A DNA stretch of 64,000 nt from an uncultured Alphaproteobacteria bacterium (GTDB lineage Bacteria; Pseudomonadota; Alphaproteobacteria; HIMB59; GCA-002718135): the NCBI GenBank assembly GCA_902580765.1, contig CACHLW010000004.1:19888-83887 (forward strand). Direction: 5' to 3'. Numbering within the stretch: position 1 is the first letter of the stretch; the number at the start of each line of letters is the position of its first letter. Below are positions 63,080 to 64,000 of the stretch, piece after piece. Position numbers and translations under genes: made by a program. The notes beneath the pieces were generated by a model, which saw only the letters and a list, made by a program, of their open reading frames with translations, was not told the origin of the DNA and searched no databases.

Positions 63080-64000
63080 TGTCAGAAATTAATTTTGATC
63101 CAGTTATTCTTACACAATCCTTAGTTAAATGTGCGAGTATAACTCCAAAAGATGAGGGCGCTTTAACAGTCGTTGAAAATCATCTAAGTGCTATAGGATG
63201 TGACTGTCATCCATTAATTTTCTCTGGAAACAATTCTTATGAAGTAAAAAATTTATTTGCAACGATAGGAAATGAAGGAAAGCATTTTGCTTATGCTGGT
63301 CACACAGATGTAGTTCCAGTAGGAAATGAAAATTCTTGGAAATATCCTCCTTTTTCAGCAAGAATAGATGATGGTAAACTTTATGGAAGAGGTAGTGAAG
63401 ATATGAAAAGCAGTGTTGCTTGTTTCATCAGTGCCGCTAAAAGATTTGTAGATAAATATAAAAATATTCCAGGTAAGATTTCATTTATTATTACAGGAGA
63501 TGAAGAAAGAGATTCTGTAAACGGCACACCAAGAATTCTAGAATGGGCAAGTAAACAAAATTATAAATTTGATCATTGTCTTGTTGGTGAACCAACTTCT
63601 AAAAATGAGGTCGGCGATAAAGTAAAAATTGGAAGAAGAGGATCAGTTAGTTTCTTTTTTCAAGTAAAAGGTATTCAAGGACATACGGCGAATTCTCATT
63701 TAGCTGAAAATTCTTCACATCACTTAGTGAATTTATTAAATAGTATATTAGAAGAGCCGCTAGATGAAGGTAACGAAAATTTTTTACCAACATCAGTTCA
63801 AATCGCTACTATTGATATTGGCAATCCTGTTCAAAACGTAATTCCGGAATTAGCTAAAGCAACAGTTAATATTAGATTTAATGATATACATTCATCTGAC
63901 TCACTTATAAAATGGATTGATAATAAAATAGAAAAGATTTTCTCTAAACTGGAAAATGCTAGTTGCGCTTATACTTATGATGCAACAGCTGAGTCATTTT
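63079..64000 (+). CDS. dapE: Succinyl-diaminopimelate desuccinylase; C-terminal part runs off the window
   Basis: Own translation from ATG 63079 gives [29 protein letters not shown]...AGHTDVVPVG...GRGSEDMKSS... (M20 peptidase motifs). Its start overlaps the dapD stop by 1 nt. Confidence 0.9.
   Translation, partial: MSEINFDPVILTQSLVKCASITPKDEGALTVVENHLSAIGCDCHPLIFSGNNSYEVKNLFATIGNEGKHFAYAGHTDVVPVGNENSWKYPPFSARIDDGKLYGRGSEDMKSSVACFISAAKRFVDKYKNIPGKISFIITGDEERDSVNGTPRILEWASKQNYKFDHCLVGEPTSKNEVGDKVKIGRRGSVSFFFQVKGIQGHTANSHLAENSSHHLVNLLNSILEEPLDEGNENFLPTSVQIATIDIGNPVQNVIPELAKATVNIRFNDIHSSDSLIKWIDNKIEKIFSKLENASCAYTYDATAESF

Overview
This is an AT-rich (roughly 30% GC by eye), extremely gene-dense chromosomal segment. 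Gene content, gene order and the many 1-8 nt gene overlaps look like a streamlined marine alphaproteobacterium of the SAR11/Pelagibacterales type; this is an inference, since no search was possible. I support about 75 protein-coding genes. I saw no rRNA, tRNA, CRISPR array, transposase or integrase.

Positions 1-30 kb form an accessory/catabolic block:
- a peptide-type ABC importer;
- an FGly-sulfatase/phosphonate-monoester-hydrolase-like enzyme plus a MetE-fold methyltransferase;
- taurine/sulfoacetaldehyde genes: class-III aminotransferase + ald, pta, and xsc about 19 kb away next to a GMC oxidoreductase;
- between pta and xsc, a LacI-family-regulated island. It holds a CUT1-type ABC importer, an SDR, a HAD-like protein with a degenerate catalytic motif, five paralogous NTF2/SnoaL-like proteins carrying nine domains, a second MetE-fold protein, a bicupin and a HisD/HpsN-like dehydrogenase.

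The island's promoters share a TATTCA-N6/7-TGAATA inverted repeat. This island is my best candidate for an undescribed pathway.

Positions 30-64 kb are core genome: uvrC, pgsA, moaDE, ilvE, a MarR regulator plus an OmpR/EnvZ-type two-component system, proC, lgt, prs, rplY-pth-ychF, petABC (bc1 complex), panC, rpmH-rnpA-yidD-yidC-engB, argB, dapD and dapE. This part also contains a Zur regulon: znuA with an 18x His-Asp-Asp repeat, a COG0523 GTPase, a WD40 protein, a DUF1636-like protein, znuCB, zur and a perfect Zur box. The largest intergenic gap holds an untracked 29-codon micro-ORF with 9 Cys that looks metallothionein-like.

All functional calls rest on reading motifs in the supplied translations by eye, not on database searches.
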